Below are positions 9,479-19,179 of a stretch of 64,000 bases of DNA, in pieces. The notes beneath the pieces were generated by a model, which saw only the letters and a list, made by a program, of their open reading frames with translations, did no database searches and was not told where the DNA came from. Both the position numbers and the translations under genes were made by a program. Source of the stretch: a virus. Its lineage: Duplodnaviria; Heunggongvirae; Uroviricota; Caudoviricetes. Each line of letters begins with the position of its first letter. Positions within the stretch are counted from its first letter, which is position 1. The stretch lies in the IMG/VR virus record IMGVR_UViG_3300010882_000010. One strand, written 5' to 3'.

Positions 9479-10546
9479 ATGAAAAAGTTTTGTCCAATTT
9501 GTAAAGAAGTAATGACGGGTCAACATTTAAAAAAATGCGCTAAAAAGTATGGGATTGAAAAATCATATGAAGACTTAAGATGGGAAGCTATGGATTTTAA
9601 TTATTGGTTTTTAATCAAAGATGTTTTAAGAGAATATCAAGAAGGATATTCAGTTTCAGATATTTCACAAAGATATGATGTATTATATTGTGATATTGTT
9701 ATTATCTTAGAACATTATGAGATTAAATTACGTGGTATAAAGGAGTCTCGAAATGAAAAATCGGTAGAAAAAGGAAAGAAAACATGTTTAGAAAACTTTG
9801 GTGTAGAAAATCCCTCACAATGTGAAAGCATAAAAGAACAAAAAAGAGAAACATTTACTAAAAATTTTGGAGTGGACAATGTTTTTAAAGCTGGTATTTT
9901 TATTGAATGGTTGGAACAATTTATGCTTGAAAAGTATGGTAAAAAACGAATTACAAATCCTGAAAAAATTTCGGCAGCCCAGCAAAAATTTACACAAGAA
10001 GAATGGGAATTAAGATTAGAGAAAATTCGAAAAACTTGTGAATTAAAGTTTGGTTATGATAATTATTCTAAAGTACCGGAAAGAAGAGATGATATTTCGA
10101 AAAAAGCAAAAATACGATGGGAAAATTATACTGATGATGAAAAAGCTAGATTATTATCTGTAACATTTCAAAAGGCACCAAATTATGTTTCAAAATTAGA
10201 AATACGGATACAAGAATTATTGAATGAATTACAGATTGAGTACACTACACAAAAGTTTTTTAAACGGCATAGCTATGATTTTTTTATCGAAGAATTTGGA
10301 ATAGTAATTGAAATAAATGGCGATTTTTGGCATGCTAATCCAAAATTTTACAAATCAGATGACTTATTGCCATTTCCTGGAGAATCTAAATTAGCTAATG
10401 AAATTTGGGAAAAAGATGTTCAAAAAAAGCAAATAATAGAGGATTTAGGTTTTCGTTTGATTATAATATGGGAAGATGAAATGAAATGTACAAATGAAGA
10501 ATTGGTTAGACTATTAATCTCTAAACTTGAAAATAATGAAAATTAA
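9479..10546 (+). mobile_element. Free-standing homing endonuclease (Vsr/DUF559-like C-terminus, xGVxN repeats) between the split-intein halves
   Basis: FGVENPSQ/FGVDNVFK/FGYDNYSK repeats; YDFF...VIEINGDFWHANP...GFRLIIIWE. Confidence 0.8.
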
Positions 10547-11459
10547 GAAAATTGAAAAAATCGAACATAATTCATTACGATATGATATCGAAGTAAAAGA
10601 TAATCACAATTTTTTTGCTAATGGACTTTTGGTCCATAATTCTTGTGGGATTTCCTATTATTCCGGAGGTATTTATGGTATTGCAACAAGAGGCTCATTT
10701 AGCTCTGAACAAGCTATTTGGGCTACTGAATTATTGAATACTAAGTATAGTCATTTACTACCATACTTAGATTGGCAAAATTACACTTTTATTTTTGAGA
10801 TATGTTATGATAAAAATCGTATTGTATGTCATTATGATTTTGAAGATATTGTACTGTTAGCTATTATAGAGAATAAGACAGGAAAGAGTTTATCAGTTGC
10901 AGATATTTACAAACATTACAGTAAGGATTTCAGGTTAGTACATTGGGAAGAAAACTTGTCTGGAATGTCTTTTGAAAAGATTAAAGCACTAAACAAAGAA
11001 AATGAAGAAGGTTACGTTTTACACTTTGAAGATGATACACGAGTAAAGCTAAAATTTGCAGATTATTGTAGATTACACTCCATAATCACAAACTTTTGTG
11101 CGCGAGATATTTGGGAAGCTTTAAAAGATGGTAAGGATTTGACTACAATATTGGAAGATGTACCAGATGAGTTTGATAAGTGGGTAAGATACAAGGTTTT
11201 AACTCTAAGACAAGATTTTCAGATGTACTTTGACAAAGTAGTAGAAGCAAGAAAAAACGTAATTTTGGCTTTATTGCCAGAAGTTAGACATAACAAAAAG
11301 GAATTTGCAAAAATTAACCTACGATTAAACAAAGATAAAGGAATTGCTGGTATGGTTTTTTCTTTAGAATCGGGAAGAGATATTTCACAAAAAATTTGGG
11401 AAAAGGTTTATCCTCCTCATGAAAAAGCATTTACGAAAGGATTAGAAGATGAAGAGTAA
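10536..11459 (+). CDS. rnlA: Split intein C-part (35 aa) fused to Rnl1-type RNA ligase C-extein
   Basis: MKIKKIEKI...YDIEVKDNHNFFANGLLVHN|S; then IATRGSFSSEQA, FIFEI, EEGYVL, RVKLKF. Confidence 0.88.
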   Translation: MKIKKIEKIEHNSLRYDIEVKDNHNFFANGLLVHNSCGISYYSGGIYGIATRGSFSSEQAIWATELLNTKYSHLLPYLDWQNYTFIFEICYDKNRIVCHYDFEDIVLLAIIENKTGKSLSVADIYKHYSKDFRLVHWEENLSGMSFEKIKALNKENEEGYVLHFEDDTRVKLKFADYCRLHSIITNFCARDIWEALKDGKDLTTILEDVPDEFDKWVRYKVLTLRQDFQMYFDKVVEARKNVILALLPEVRHNKKEFAKINLRLNKDKGIAGMVFSLESGRDISQKIWEKVYPPHEKAFTKGLEDEE

Positions 11460-11462
11460 ATT

Positions 11463-11517
11463 GTTAGTAACTTTTAAAGTAAACTGAAAAATGATATCAG
11501 AATTTTCAGTATTTTTA
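11463..11517 (+). promoter_or_regulatory. Class I bipartite early promoter
   Basis: GTTAGTAAC at 11463, TATTTTTA at +47. Confidence 0.7.
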
Positions 11518-11548
11518 CCGAAGTTTAACAAAATCAAAATTTAAAGAA

Positions 11549-11830
11549 ATGGAATTACAACTTTTACTACATGTTTGGTTATTTTGGTTACCATTAGTTT
11601 TTATCATTGCTATTATAGTAGCATGTTGTTTTACTTTTGATATGCCGAATGGTCATTGGAAAAGAGATTGGATACCAATTGCAATTGGATTAATTCCAAT
11701 AACCAACATGTTAATGGCTTTAATTGCAATAATTGTTTATTCTCAGGAAGTTTTTAAAGTGAAGTATGATGCAATAGACAAAGCAAAGATACGGAATAAC
11801 AAGTTTGCACGTTGGATAACAGGACAATAA
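11549..11830 (+). CDS. Small membrane protein
   Basis: Two hydrophobic segments, GLIPITN motif. Confidence 0.65.
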   Translation: MELQLLLHVWLFWLPLVFIIAIIVACCFTFDMPNGHWKRDWIPIAIGLIPITNMLMALIAIIVYSQEVFKVKYDAIDKAKIRNNKFARWITGQ

Positions 11831-11843
11831 TTAAAAAAAAGAA

Positions 11844-12677
11844 ATGACAATAACAATTTTTTGGATAATTTACGGGATTTCCATTTTAGTAACTATGTTG
11901 ATAATACTTGGTGATGTTTTTATTAACAAAGAACCATATGATAAGGCATACTTTGGAATTACTATAATGGCTTTTATTCCTATTATAGGAACAATAGCAG
12001 CACTAATATCAACAATAGCATTTTTAAGTGGTGCTTTAGTTGTTAAAAATCAAAATCAATCAATAATCAAAAATCAAAAAGAAATGACACCATTAGAAAA
12101 TCAAAGACTTCAAGAGTCTGAAAAGAAAGAAAATTTTGGAAAAGTACTGATGTTTTTAGCAGCAGTTTTCTTTGTACTATTTTTAGTATGCTTTATTCCG
12201 CGCGAACCAAAAACAGAAACAGTAAAATTACCAACTTTTGGGTTAGAAACTAAAAGTTATACTTTTCAAACTTTGGAATATCATGATATAATCCAAGTTT
12301 TAAGTAAAGATGCTTGTCGATTTGAGTTAGAATTTATCAGCAGGTTTAAAATTAATAAAGAGAAAATTCAAGAAATTCATGAAAAATATCGATCTCAAGA
12401 GCTATTATTTAGTGGAATAGAGAATGAAATTAAATGGAATTTTATCAAAGAAGCAAGAGATTATTTCGGAATGGAAATGTTAGAAGGAGATTTTCAAAAT
12501 AATGTGAAAGTGCGAATTGATACTATACTTAGAAACATGGGAATTGAAGTAGAACATGTTGCAATGAAAATAATACCAGAAGAACATTTGAAAGAATTAT
12601 TGGAAGCAAAAACAAAAGCAATAGAATTAAAAGCTGAAGCTGATAAATATAACTACATTAACAAAAAATTACAATAA
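11844..12677 (+). CDS. Membrane protein with divergent SPFH-like C-terminal domain
   Basis: VLSKDACRFELEF...KIQEIHEKYR aligns by eye with NSKDASIFKIS...KITYIFVKYR of 7372. Confidence 0.55.
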   Translation: MTITIFWIIYGISILVTMLIILGDVFINKEPYDKAYFGITIMAFIPIIGTIAALISTIAFLSGALVVKNQNQSIIKNQKEMTPLENQRLQESEKKENFGKVLMFLAAVFFVLFLVCFIPREPKTETVKLPTFGLETKSYTFQTLEYHDIIQVLSKDACRFELEFISRFKINKEKIQEIHEKYRSQELLFSGIENEIKWNFIKEARDYFGMEMLEGDFQNNVKVRIDTILRNMGIEVEHVAMKIIPEEHLKELLEAKTKAIELKAEADKYNYINKKLQ

Positions 12678-13249
12678 TGAAAAAACCAAATTTTAAGACT
12701 AAATTCTGGCAAAAGTTTGGATATGTTCTAATTGGATTGGGAATGGCATATCTTTTTGTAGGTACTTTTGTTCCTCAAATGATACTTTATCCTATTATGA
12801 GAACTTTTGGAATTGATCCACATGAAGATATTAGAAAAAGATATGAGACAATTGTACACATCCAAGATACAACTTGTTATCCATTATGGATTGAAGACAC
12901 CTACAAGCCATTTGAATTGGTTTCAGCAGATACTGTAATTTTTAAAGTAAACATGAGCATAAAGTACATGTTGGATCCTACTTCAGAAGTTTTTCCAATT
13001 TACCGATATGCTTATCAATTACAACAATTTGACAGTATTTTTACACAGTCGGTCATTCATCTTAAAGTTCTTGAGTACGGAAGAGATAACAAGTATCTTG
13101 AAATAATAGACAGTAGACAACAATTTCAACAAATCATAGAAGAACATGTGAAACAATTTTTGAAAAAAGAAGGATTTGTTTTGTGTTATTTTAATCTTTT
13201 CTTCGATGAAGAACAAAAACCATTTTACGCAAATTATCAACAATTTTAA
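12677..13249 (+). CDS. Membrane-anchored divergent SPFH-like protein
   Basis: TM plus LVSADTVIFKVNMSIKYMLDP ... SRQQFQQII ... GFVL. Confidence 0.5.
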   Translation: MKKPNFKTKFWQKFGYVLIGLGMAYLFVGTFVPQMILYPIMRTFGIDPHEDIRKRYETIVHIQDTTCYPLWIEDTYKPFELVSADTVIFKVNMSIKYMLDPTSEVFPIYRYAYQLQQFDSIFTQSVIHLKVLEYGRDNKYLEIIDSRQQFQQIIEEHVKQFLKKEGFVLCYFNLFFDEEQKPFYANYQQF

Positions 13250-13272
13250 CAATAATCAAAATTTTAAAAGAA

Positions 13273-13863
13273 ATGAGAACTTTTTTAGGAATTGCTTTTA
13301 GCATAATGTTTGGATTACTTATTGCAGTTGCAGTAGGAGTTCCAATTGGATTACTATTACAAAGCTTAAGTGTAGACTTGAGTGGATTATTAGGAAGAAT
13401 CATAGGACAAGTTTTTATCATTAGTGGTTTATTACTTGGATTTTTAATGGGAACAGGACTTTGGCCATGGAAACCAAAGTGTAAAATTAAAATGTCTAAG
13501 GATGTTAAACTTAGTATTATTGACACAATCATTCCATGGTATGAAACATCAGTAAACGGACAACCAAAAAATGGGATTTGTGAAGTAATATCACATATCC
13601 GATACAATGAATTAAACGGATTAGCAAATTGCAGCGAAGAAAAACTTTCACAAGAGGAAATTGATGATGTATGGAAAAAGTATGAAGATTTTGTTACTAT
13701 AATGAAAACAAGGGCTCCAAGAATTTTTAGAATAGGACCTAGAGACTCTTCAGGATATTGGTGGTACCATTCAAAATGGAGTTCAATTAGTCTTGAAAAG
13801 TGGAATAAACCAAGATTAGAATTCTTGCTTAAATGGAAAAAAGAATTAGAAACCTCTAAATAG
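13273..13863 (+). CDS. Membrane-anchored hypothetical protein (YWW..W.KPR family)
   Basis: Two TM segments; C-terminus similar to 27739. Confidence 0.65.
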   Translation: MRTFLGIAFSIMFGLLIAVAVGVPIGLLLQSLSVDLSGLLGRIIGQVFIISGLLLGFLMGTGLWPWKPKCKIKMSKDVKLSIIDTIIPWYETSVNGQPKNGICEVISHIRYNELNGLANCSEEKLSQEEIDDVWKKYEDFVTIMKTRAPRIFRIGPRDSSGYWWYHSKWSSISLEKWNKPRLEFLLKWKKELETSK

Positions 13864-13870
13864 TACAATT

Positions 13871-14236
13871 ATGATAATTACATGGCAAGAAATTACAATT
13901 TTAGTTTTGTTTGCAATAGTTTTAGTTCTATTGTATAATTGGGTAGATAAACCAAAAAAGGTTAAAATTAAGTACCTAAGTAGCTATTTGAATGACAACA
14001 AATGGTTTAATAAAGATTTGTCCGGAGATTGGTGGTTGAGACTTGGTGAAGATGATAGTAAAATGCTTAGAATAACACATCTTGGAGAATTTGATGAAGC
14101 GGTTTGGTTTGAAAGCGATAATAAAACAGTAGCAATGTACTTACGATGTGCAACTAAAACAAAGAAAAGTGCACTAACAGAAGATAGACTTGAAGAAATA
14201 GTAAAGTTAGTTAAAAACGACACTTTTTATCGTTAA
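13871..14236 (+). CDS. Hypothetical protein with N-terminal TM
   Basis: Intact ORF in operon. Confidence 0.65.
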   Translation: MIITWQEITILVLFAIVLVLLYNWVDKPKKVKIKYLSSYLNDNKWFNKDLSGDWWLRLGEDDSKMLRITHLGEFDEAVWFESDNKTVAMYLRCATKTKKSALTEDRLEEIVKLVKNDTFYR

Positions 14237-14238
14237 TC

Positions 14239-14481
14239 ATGAGTAGAGAAAATTACATCCTAAGCTATTTTACGGAATACAATAAGAAAGGTATAATTAT
14301 TAACACCTACTTTGAAATAGAAGAGATTTCTTTTAGTGGAGGGTCTACTATTCTTTATTACAAAGCAAAGGGTATGCCAGAATTTTTCGCCTGTATTTTC
14401 CCATTATCTACTGAAGAGATGAAATTATTAAAAAAAGTAACACAAGAAACGTTTTACACTAAAAAAATCAAAAGCATATGA
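14239..14481 (+). CDS. Hypothetical protein
   Basis: Intact ORF, ATGA overlap. Confidence 0.65.
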   Translation: MSRENYILSYFTEYNKKGIIINTYFEIEEISFSGGSTILYYKAKGMPEFFACIFPLSTEEMKLLKKVTQETFYTKKIKSI

Positions 14482-15014
14482 AGACTTTAATTAGTAAGTA
14501 CAAAAAATTCATGTTTCCAATGTGGCCAAGTATTTGGATGCCGCCAATTTTACTTTTAATAATTGTAATTGGATTGATTATCATCTTTAGTTCTTGTAAC
14601 AAAATTCCTAATAATCAGATAGTAGGAAGTATTGAAGAAATTACAGTTCATACAATTTATCCTAATGAGTATAGTGTTTCATATGATAGAATTGATACAA
14701 TTTTAATGGTAGTTGCACAAAGTGGCGAATTTACTATTGTAGAAGATTTTGCAAAATATCCTGTAATTGGTGAAACTTATCGTGCAAAATGGGAACATCA
14801 TGCATATCGTAATAATTACTTGATTCACAAGCCCGGATGTTTTTTAATCGAGGATAAAGATGGTAAAGTTTACGAAATTAATGCAAGGGTTTTTAATGGT
14901 TGGGCTAAAGCAGATCGGGAGAGCAAGAACGTTCTTTATAGAGCAATTTGCAGAAATGCACAAAATGGAAACTTTGATTTTAAAGAAAAGAAAACTAAAA
15001 AGAAAGAAAAATAA
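14478..15014 (+). CDS. Putative lipoprotein
   Basis: Hydrophobic stretch ending IIIFSSC. Confidence 0.6.
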   Translation: MKTLISKYKKFMFPMWPSIWMPPILLLIIVIGLIIIFSSCNKIPNNQIVGSIEEITVHTIYPNEYSVSYDRIDTILMVVAQSGEFTIVEDFAKYPVIGETYRAKWEHHAYRNNYLIHKPGCFLIEDKDGKVYEINARVFNGWAKADRESKNVLYRAICRNAQNGNFDFKEKKTKKKEK

Positions 15015-15220
15015 TGGTAAAATTCGCAATTTACAATGTAGTTCTACAAAAGTTTTATGGTGGAACTATTAAAGAAGGAACAAGATGGCTTAGTGAAAGG
15101 AATGCCTATGATTATGGTTATTCTGTTTTAGAAAATGCAAAAAGTGTAATCAATTCAGAAAAACTAAATTTTTGTATTCCTATTCCAATTTTTGATAAGC
15201 CAAAAGAAACAGAAAACTAA
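15014..15220 (+). CDS. Hypothetical protein
   Basis: TAATG overlap. Confidence 0.6.
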   Translation: MVKFAIYNVVLQKFYGGTIKEGTRWLSERNAYDYGYSVLENAKSVINSEKLNFCIPIPIFDKPKETEN

Positions 15221-15238
15221 AACTAAAACTAAAACAAA

Positions 15239-15523
15239 ATGATGAATAGTAATAACAAGAAGAGTAGGTATTTTTACGTACTGATGCAAGGTTTTACAAA
15301 CAATAGTACAAAATTAATGTTTGCTAATGAATGGGTAACAACTTTTAATGGTAATTACGTTAATTTTGAGATTTGTTTAAACAATTGTAAGAATAAATGG
15401 AGTGACAGAATGGGAACAGATGTAGCACCTATTGTAACAAACGTAATCGAGTTCAAAAACAAGAAAGATTTTGAAATTGCCCAAGAAGTAGTAACTAACA
15501 AAACAGACAATAATGAAGAATAA
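15239..15523 (+). CDS. Hypothetical protein
   Basis: Intact ORF in operon. Confidence 0.6.
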   Translation: MMNSNNKKSRYFYVLMQGFTNNSTKLMFANEWVTTFNGNYVNFEICLNNCKNKWSDRMGTDVAPIVTNVIEFKNKKDFEIAQEVVTNKTDNNEE

Positions 15524-17180
15524 CAAAACATCACTTTGGAGTACTATGATCTCCATATTGAAAAAGAAAAAAGAAGGAGATCTTTTTGATCTTTTTAATC
15601 TTTACAAAGCCATAGAAAACAAAGTTGTAGTGCCATTTGATGCACGTACAATTGATCGTTATCTTAGTGAACTAAAACGCTATGATTGGATTAGAAATTA
15701 TGAAGGATTAAAAGGTAAGACTTTCTTTGTAAACAGACAGATACCATTTGATTTAACTTTAGTAACTGTTGCAACAATTCCAAATTCAGTTTCTAAACCC
15801 GTTGAAGTAACAAAAGGAAATTTTGATAAAGATGGTTGTGGAATTGGTTTTTTACGTAGATTAGCACCGGAAGCTTTAAAAGAAGTGAAACAACTTGCTG
15901 ATATTTTAGGAATTAAAGATGAAGATTTTCATGTAATTTTTCCAGAATCTCAAAAAGAAGAAAAACATGTTGAAAAAACAGAAGATTTTGAAAAAAGATT
16001 TCATGAATTTTTAACAGGTCTTAAAGATCTCGGAGATGCTTTAAAGGATGATGTGAAACTTTGTGAAATAGTAAGGGATGAAGTTACTAAATTTAATGAA
16101 GCATACTCTAAAAAATTAGGAATGGATGTAGATTTTAGTTTTCTTGGACTTTATCCTACATCTATGAGAGCATATGAAATTAAACCATATGTACCAATGG
16201 AAATTGATTATGCTACTGTTACAAAAACAATTTTGGATGCAGCATCTCAATTAAAAAGAAATGGTTTTTTAGACAAATCAAAAGAAAAACAAGATGAAAT
16301 TTTTGAGTCAAATCATTTTGAAAACAGACAAGATCTTTTAACAAATTGGAGAATTGGATTGAAAAAAGAAGGTAAGATAGAAATGGTAAACTTTTTAGAG
16401 TATGCTTGGAATCTTTCCGGAAAGAATTTTGAAAATTTTGAAGTTGAGTTAAAAAGACAAGAACCTAAAATAGCAAAAGATTGGGCTAAAATTCAGAAAA
16501 ACAATTTGAGTACTACTATTGAAAGGATGAAAATTCACAAGTTGATTTGTGATTATTACAATAGTCAACCAAAAGCAGTTAAAGTAGTTGATTACTTTGA
16601 ACTTTGGAAAGAATATCAAAAAACCGGCGGTAAAATATTAGATACTTTTGAACGTGAAATGCAATTAAAGGATTTGAAACCTGGGATGATAGTTGAGTAT
16701 GAAAACGGAGAAAGAAGATTAGTGATTCTAGGATTAGATGGTATTTTGATTTTACAAGGAAGGGGCTATAATAAATTAGAAAATTACTTAGAAGATTTGA
16801 CTAATAATGATAAAAGCAACAGAAATTTAGATATCAATACTGTTTACGAACCAAAGTATTTAGATCTACCATTTGATGATGCTTTGTTTAGTGAAAATAA
16901 TTTAATACCGATTTGGACACGTTTAAGAGAATACGGATTTTTATTACAAGTGAATTTTAATGATGGTACATCAGTTTGTACTAAGAAAATTGTGGAAAAA
17001 TGGAAGCCGATAACAGTGAAAAAATTAACAGAAGAAGCAGGTGCTAATTGGTTTATTGACATGTACTATCCTGATATTTTCAAATATCTTTGTAGGGTTG
17101 GAGGAAAAGTGTCTTTGCATGTTTACAAAGGAGAGAATACAATTTTTGTTAACCGATTTGATTTTTTGAAAAAAGATTAA
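15513..17180 (+). CDS. Multidomain hypothetical protein
   Basis: 555 aa; internal KDLKPGMIVE domain paralogous to the next gene. Confidence 0.75.
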   Translation: MKNNKTSLWSTMISILKKKKEGDLFDLFNLYKAIENKVVVPFDARTIDRYLSELKRYDWIRNYEGLKGKTFFVNRQIPFDLTLVTVATIPNSVSKPVEVTKGNFDKDGCGIGFLRRLAPEALKEVKQLADILGIKDEDFHVIFPESQKEEKHVEKTEDFEKRFHEFLTGLKDLGDALKDDVKLCEIVRDEVTKFNEAYSKKLGMDVDFSFLGLYPTSMRAYEIKPYVPMEIDYATVTKTILDAASQLKRNGFLDKSKEKQDEIFESNHFENRQDLLTNWRIGLKKEGKIEMVNFLEYAWNLSGKNFENFEVELKRQEPKIAKDWAKIQKNNLSTTIERMKIHKLICDYYNSQPKAVKVVDYFELWKEYQKTGGKILDTFEREMQLKDLKPGMIVEYENGERRLVILGLDGILILQGRGYNKLENYLEDLTNNDKSNRNLDINTVYEPKYLDLPFDDALFSENNLIPIWTRLREYGFLLQVNFNDGTSVCTKKIVEKWKPITVKKLTEEAGANWFIDMYYPDIFKYLCRVGGKVSLHVYKGENTIFVNRFDFLKKD

Positions 17181-17184
17181 GAAG

Positions 17185-17799
17185 ATGAAAAGAAAAGATT
17201 TAAAACCCGGAATGGTTGTAGAACTAAGAAATGGTGATCGATTTTTTATTACAATAATGAAATCCACAAAACATGAAGATATTGTTTGGGGTTTTAATGA
17301 ATTTGGATGGCAAGCTTTTACAGGTGGATTAGGATGTGTAGTAGATGATGATTTAGAATCTAATCAATCGCCAGAATATGGAATAGTAGCAGTTTATGAA
17401 CTTGAATTTTATGGACAATTTTCTAATCTTTTAAAAACTGAAAATTTAAAATTGATCTGGAAAAGACCAGAGAATAATGATAATTACCAAAAATTTTTAA
17501 TGGAAAGAAAAGCCGGAAAAGCTTTTATTACAGTTAGAATTGGTAATGATAAACTAGAAGTTGAAGAAGTTTTTTTACCTCCTGAATTTTTTACTGTTTC
17601 AGAAAAAATGCAAGAAGGTTACATCATTAATCATTTAGCACAATTTTATCCTAAAATTTTGCGAGCTATATTAGAAGCACCAATAGGAACGAGTAGTTTA
17701 GATGTTTCAGTATTTCCAAACAAAGAATGTGAAGAGATTACTTTCACAATTAAAACAAACGATTTAATTAATCAAAACAATAATAACGAAAAAATTTAA
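17185..17799 (+). CDS. Hypothetical protein (KDLKPGM family)
   Basis: MKRKDLKPGMVVELRNG. Confidence 0.7.
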   Translation: MKRKDLKPGMVVELRNGDRFFITIMKSTKHEDIVWGFNEFGWQAFTGGLGCVVDDDLESNQSPEYGIVAVYELEFYGQFSNLLKTENLKLIWKRPENNDNYQKFLMERKAGKAFITVRIGNDKLEVEEVFLPPEFFTVSEKMQEGYIINHLAQFYPKILRAILEAPIGTSSLDVSVFPNKECEEITFTIKTNDLINQNNNNEKI

Positions 17800-17803
17800 A
17801 ACA

Positions 17804-18373
17804 ATGACAAATGAAGAAAAAGTAGTTATTGAGGAAACTACAGAACAAGAACAACCTCAGAAAAAAGGAACAGTACAAAAAATTTTAGTATGGATTTTTC
17901 TCACAATTTTTGGTGGCTTAATAGCAGGAATGATTTTGTTTTCTATCTTTAATGATGGGGGAGCAAGAGTTGTAGTTCCAGAGAAAAATGAACACTATAC
18001 TGTAGAAAAACAATTGGTTGAAACACAAAAAGTTACTTGCAATCCATTGTATGTTACCAGTGTTAAAAATGCAAACATCCAATTAGAACCGGTTGTAATG
18101 TATCGAGTACAAGAGGATTCTGTTAGTCAAACTTTAGTAAAACAAAAATTTGGATTTAAAGTTGAATCCATTAGACTTTACATCGAGACAAAAGTTGCTA
18201 ATACTATTTTTAGTATGATTCCGGGTGGAAGTTCAGAAGAGTTCATTTTTGCACAATTACCATTAATTGCAGATACTTTAAACAAACAGTTTGCAGAAGT
18301 TGGAATTACAATGGAAGAACTTTTTGTGAATGTAACAAATCGTAGTTTAGATCAACGTTTTCAAAATCAGTAA
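17804..18373 (+). CDS. Membrane-anchored divergent SPFH-like protein
   Basis: TM, ARVVV, VTSVKNANIQLEPVVMYRV, VGITMEELFV. Confidence 0.5.
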   Translation: MTNEEKVVIEETTEQEQPQKKGTVQKILVWIFLTIFGGLIAGMILFSIFNDGGARVVVPEKNEHYTVEKQLVETQKVTCNPLYVTSVKNANIQLEPVVMYRVQEDSVSQTLVKQKFGFKVESIRLYIETKVANTIFSMIPGGSSEEFIFAQLPLIADTLNKQFAEVGITMEELFVNVTNRSLDQRFQNQ

Positions 18374-18375
18374 TC

Positions 18376-18822
18376 ATGAAAAGAAAAACAATAATTGGAA
18401 TAATCCTAATAGTTTTAGGAATTCTTGTACTTGGAGTCATGTTTAGTTCTTGTACTATTTCTGGTAGTGTAGAAACTTTAAAAATAGAATTAAAGGATAA
18501 GAAAGACGGTAATGAAGTTGTAATGAATTGGGTTCATGCCTATGTTGAAGAGTATTCAGGTAGAATAATTTGTTTAAAAGACTGTATGCCCGAATTAAGA
18601 GATAGAAGAAATTCAAGATTGAACTTTGAAGCAACAAAGAAAGCAAACAAAGCAAATCCAGGTGAACTTTACATAGTTTCTGATAATGATGAAATGAAAC
18701 TTTACTATATCAAAGATCAAAACACAAACATCAAATTTCATGTTAAAGTTTTCAAACAGGAAAATTACATGACAATAGAACCTGAGGAAGAATCAGTAAA
18801 CAATTTTCTTTTTTCATACTAA
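18376..18822 (+). CDS. Putative lipoprotein
   Basis: MKRK, hydrophobic core, MFSSC lipobox. Confidence 0.65.
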   Translation: MKRKTIIGIILIVLGILVLGVMFSSCTISGSVETLKIELKDKKDGNEVVMNWVHAYVEEYSGRIICLKDCMPELRDRRNSRLNFEATKKANKANPGELYIVSDNDEMKLYYIKDQNTNIKFHVKVFKQENYMTIEPEEESVNNFLFSY

Positions 18823-18840
18823 CACTTAAAACACAATAAT

Positions 18841-19179
18841 ATGGCAACATGGTTAATTATTACAACAATAATATTAGGGTTGATAAATATCCCGCTTTCA
18901 ATCTTTTTGGTAAATCATTGTTATTATTCTTCCGGAGGTGATGAATTTTTTGAAGTACCTAAAATTTTTTTACCGATTGCAATTATAACAGGATTTATTC
19001 CTATTTTAAATTGGATTCAAATGATAGTATTGGTAATTTTGTTTTTCATTTGTTGTTTTGATCCAAGATATCTTAAAGATACGAAGTTTATTACAAAGTA
19101 TTTTCCTAATAAGGAAGGATATGATAAGAAACAAAAACCGGTATTTAAGAAAATATCAAGTTATGATGATTGGTTATGA
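18841..19179 (+). CDS. Small membrane protein (paralog of 19170)
   Basis: EVPKIFLP..TGFIPILNW..YLKDT. Confidence 0.7.
   Translation: MATWLIITTIILGLINIPLSIFLVNHCYYSSGGDEFFEVPKIFLPIAIITGFIPILNWIQMIVLVILFFICCFDPRYLKDTKFITKYFPNKEGYDKKQKPVFKKISSYDDWL

Noticed and set aside
13191-13868. 225 aa minus-strand ORF
   Set aside because: Antisense shadow of the plus-strand gene 13273-13863, which has a paralog and fits the operon
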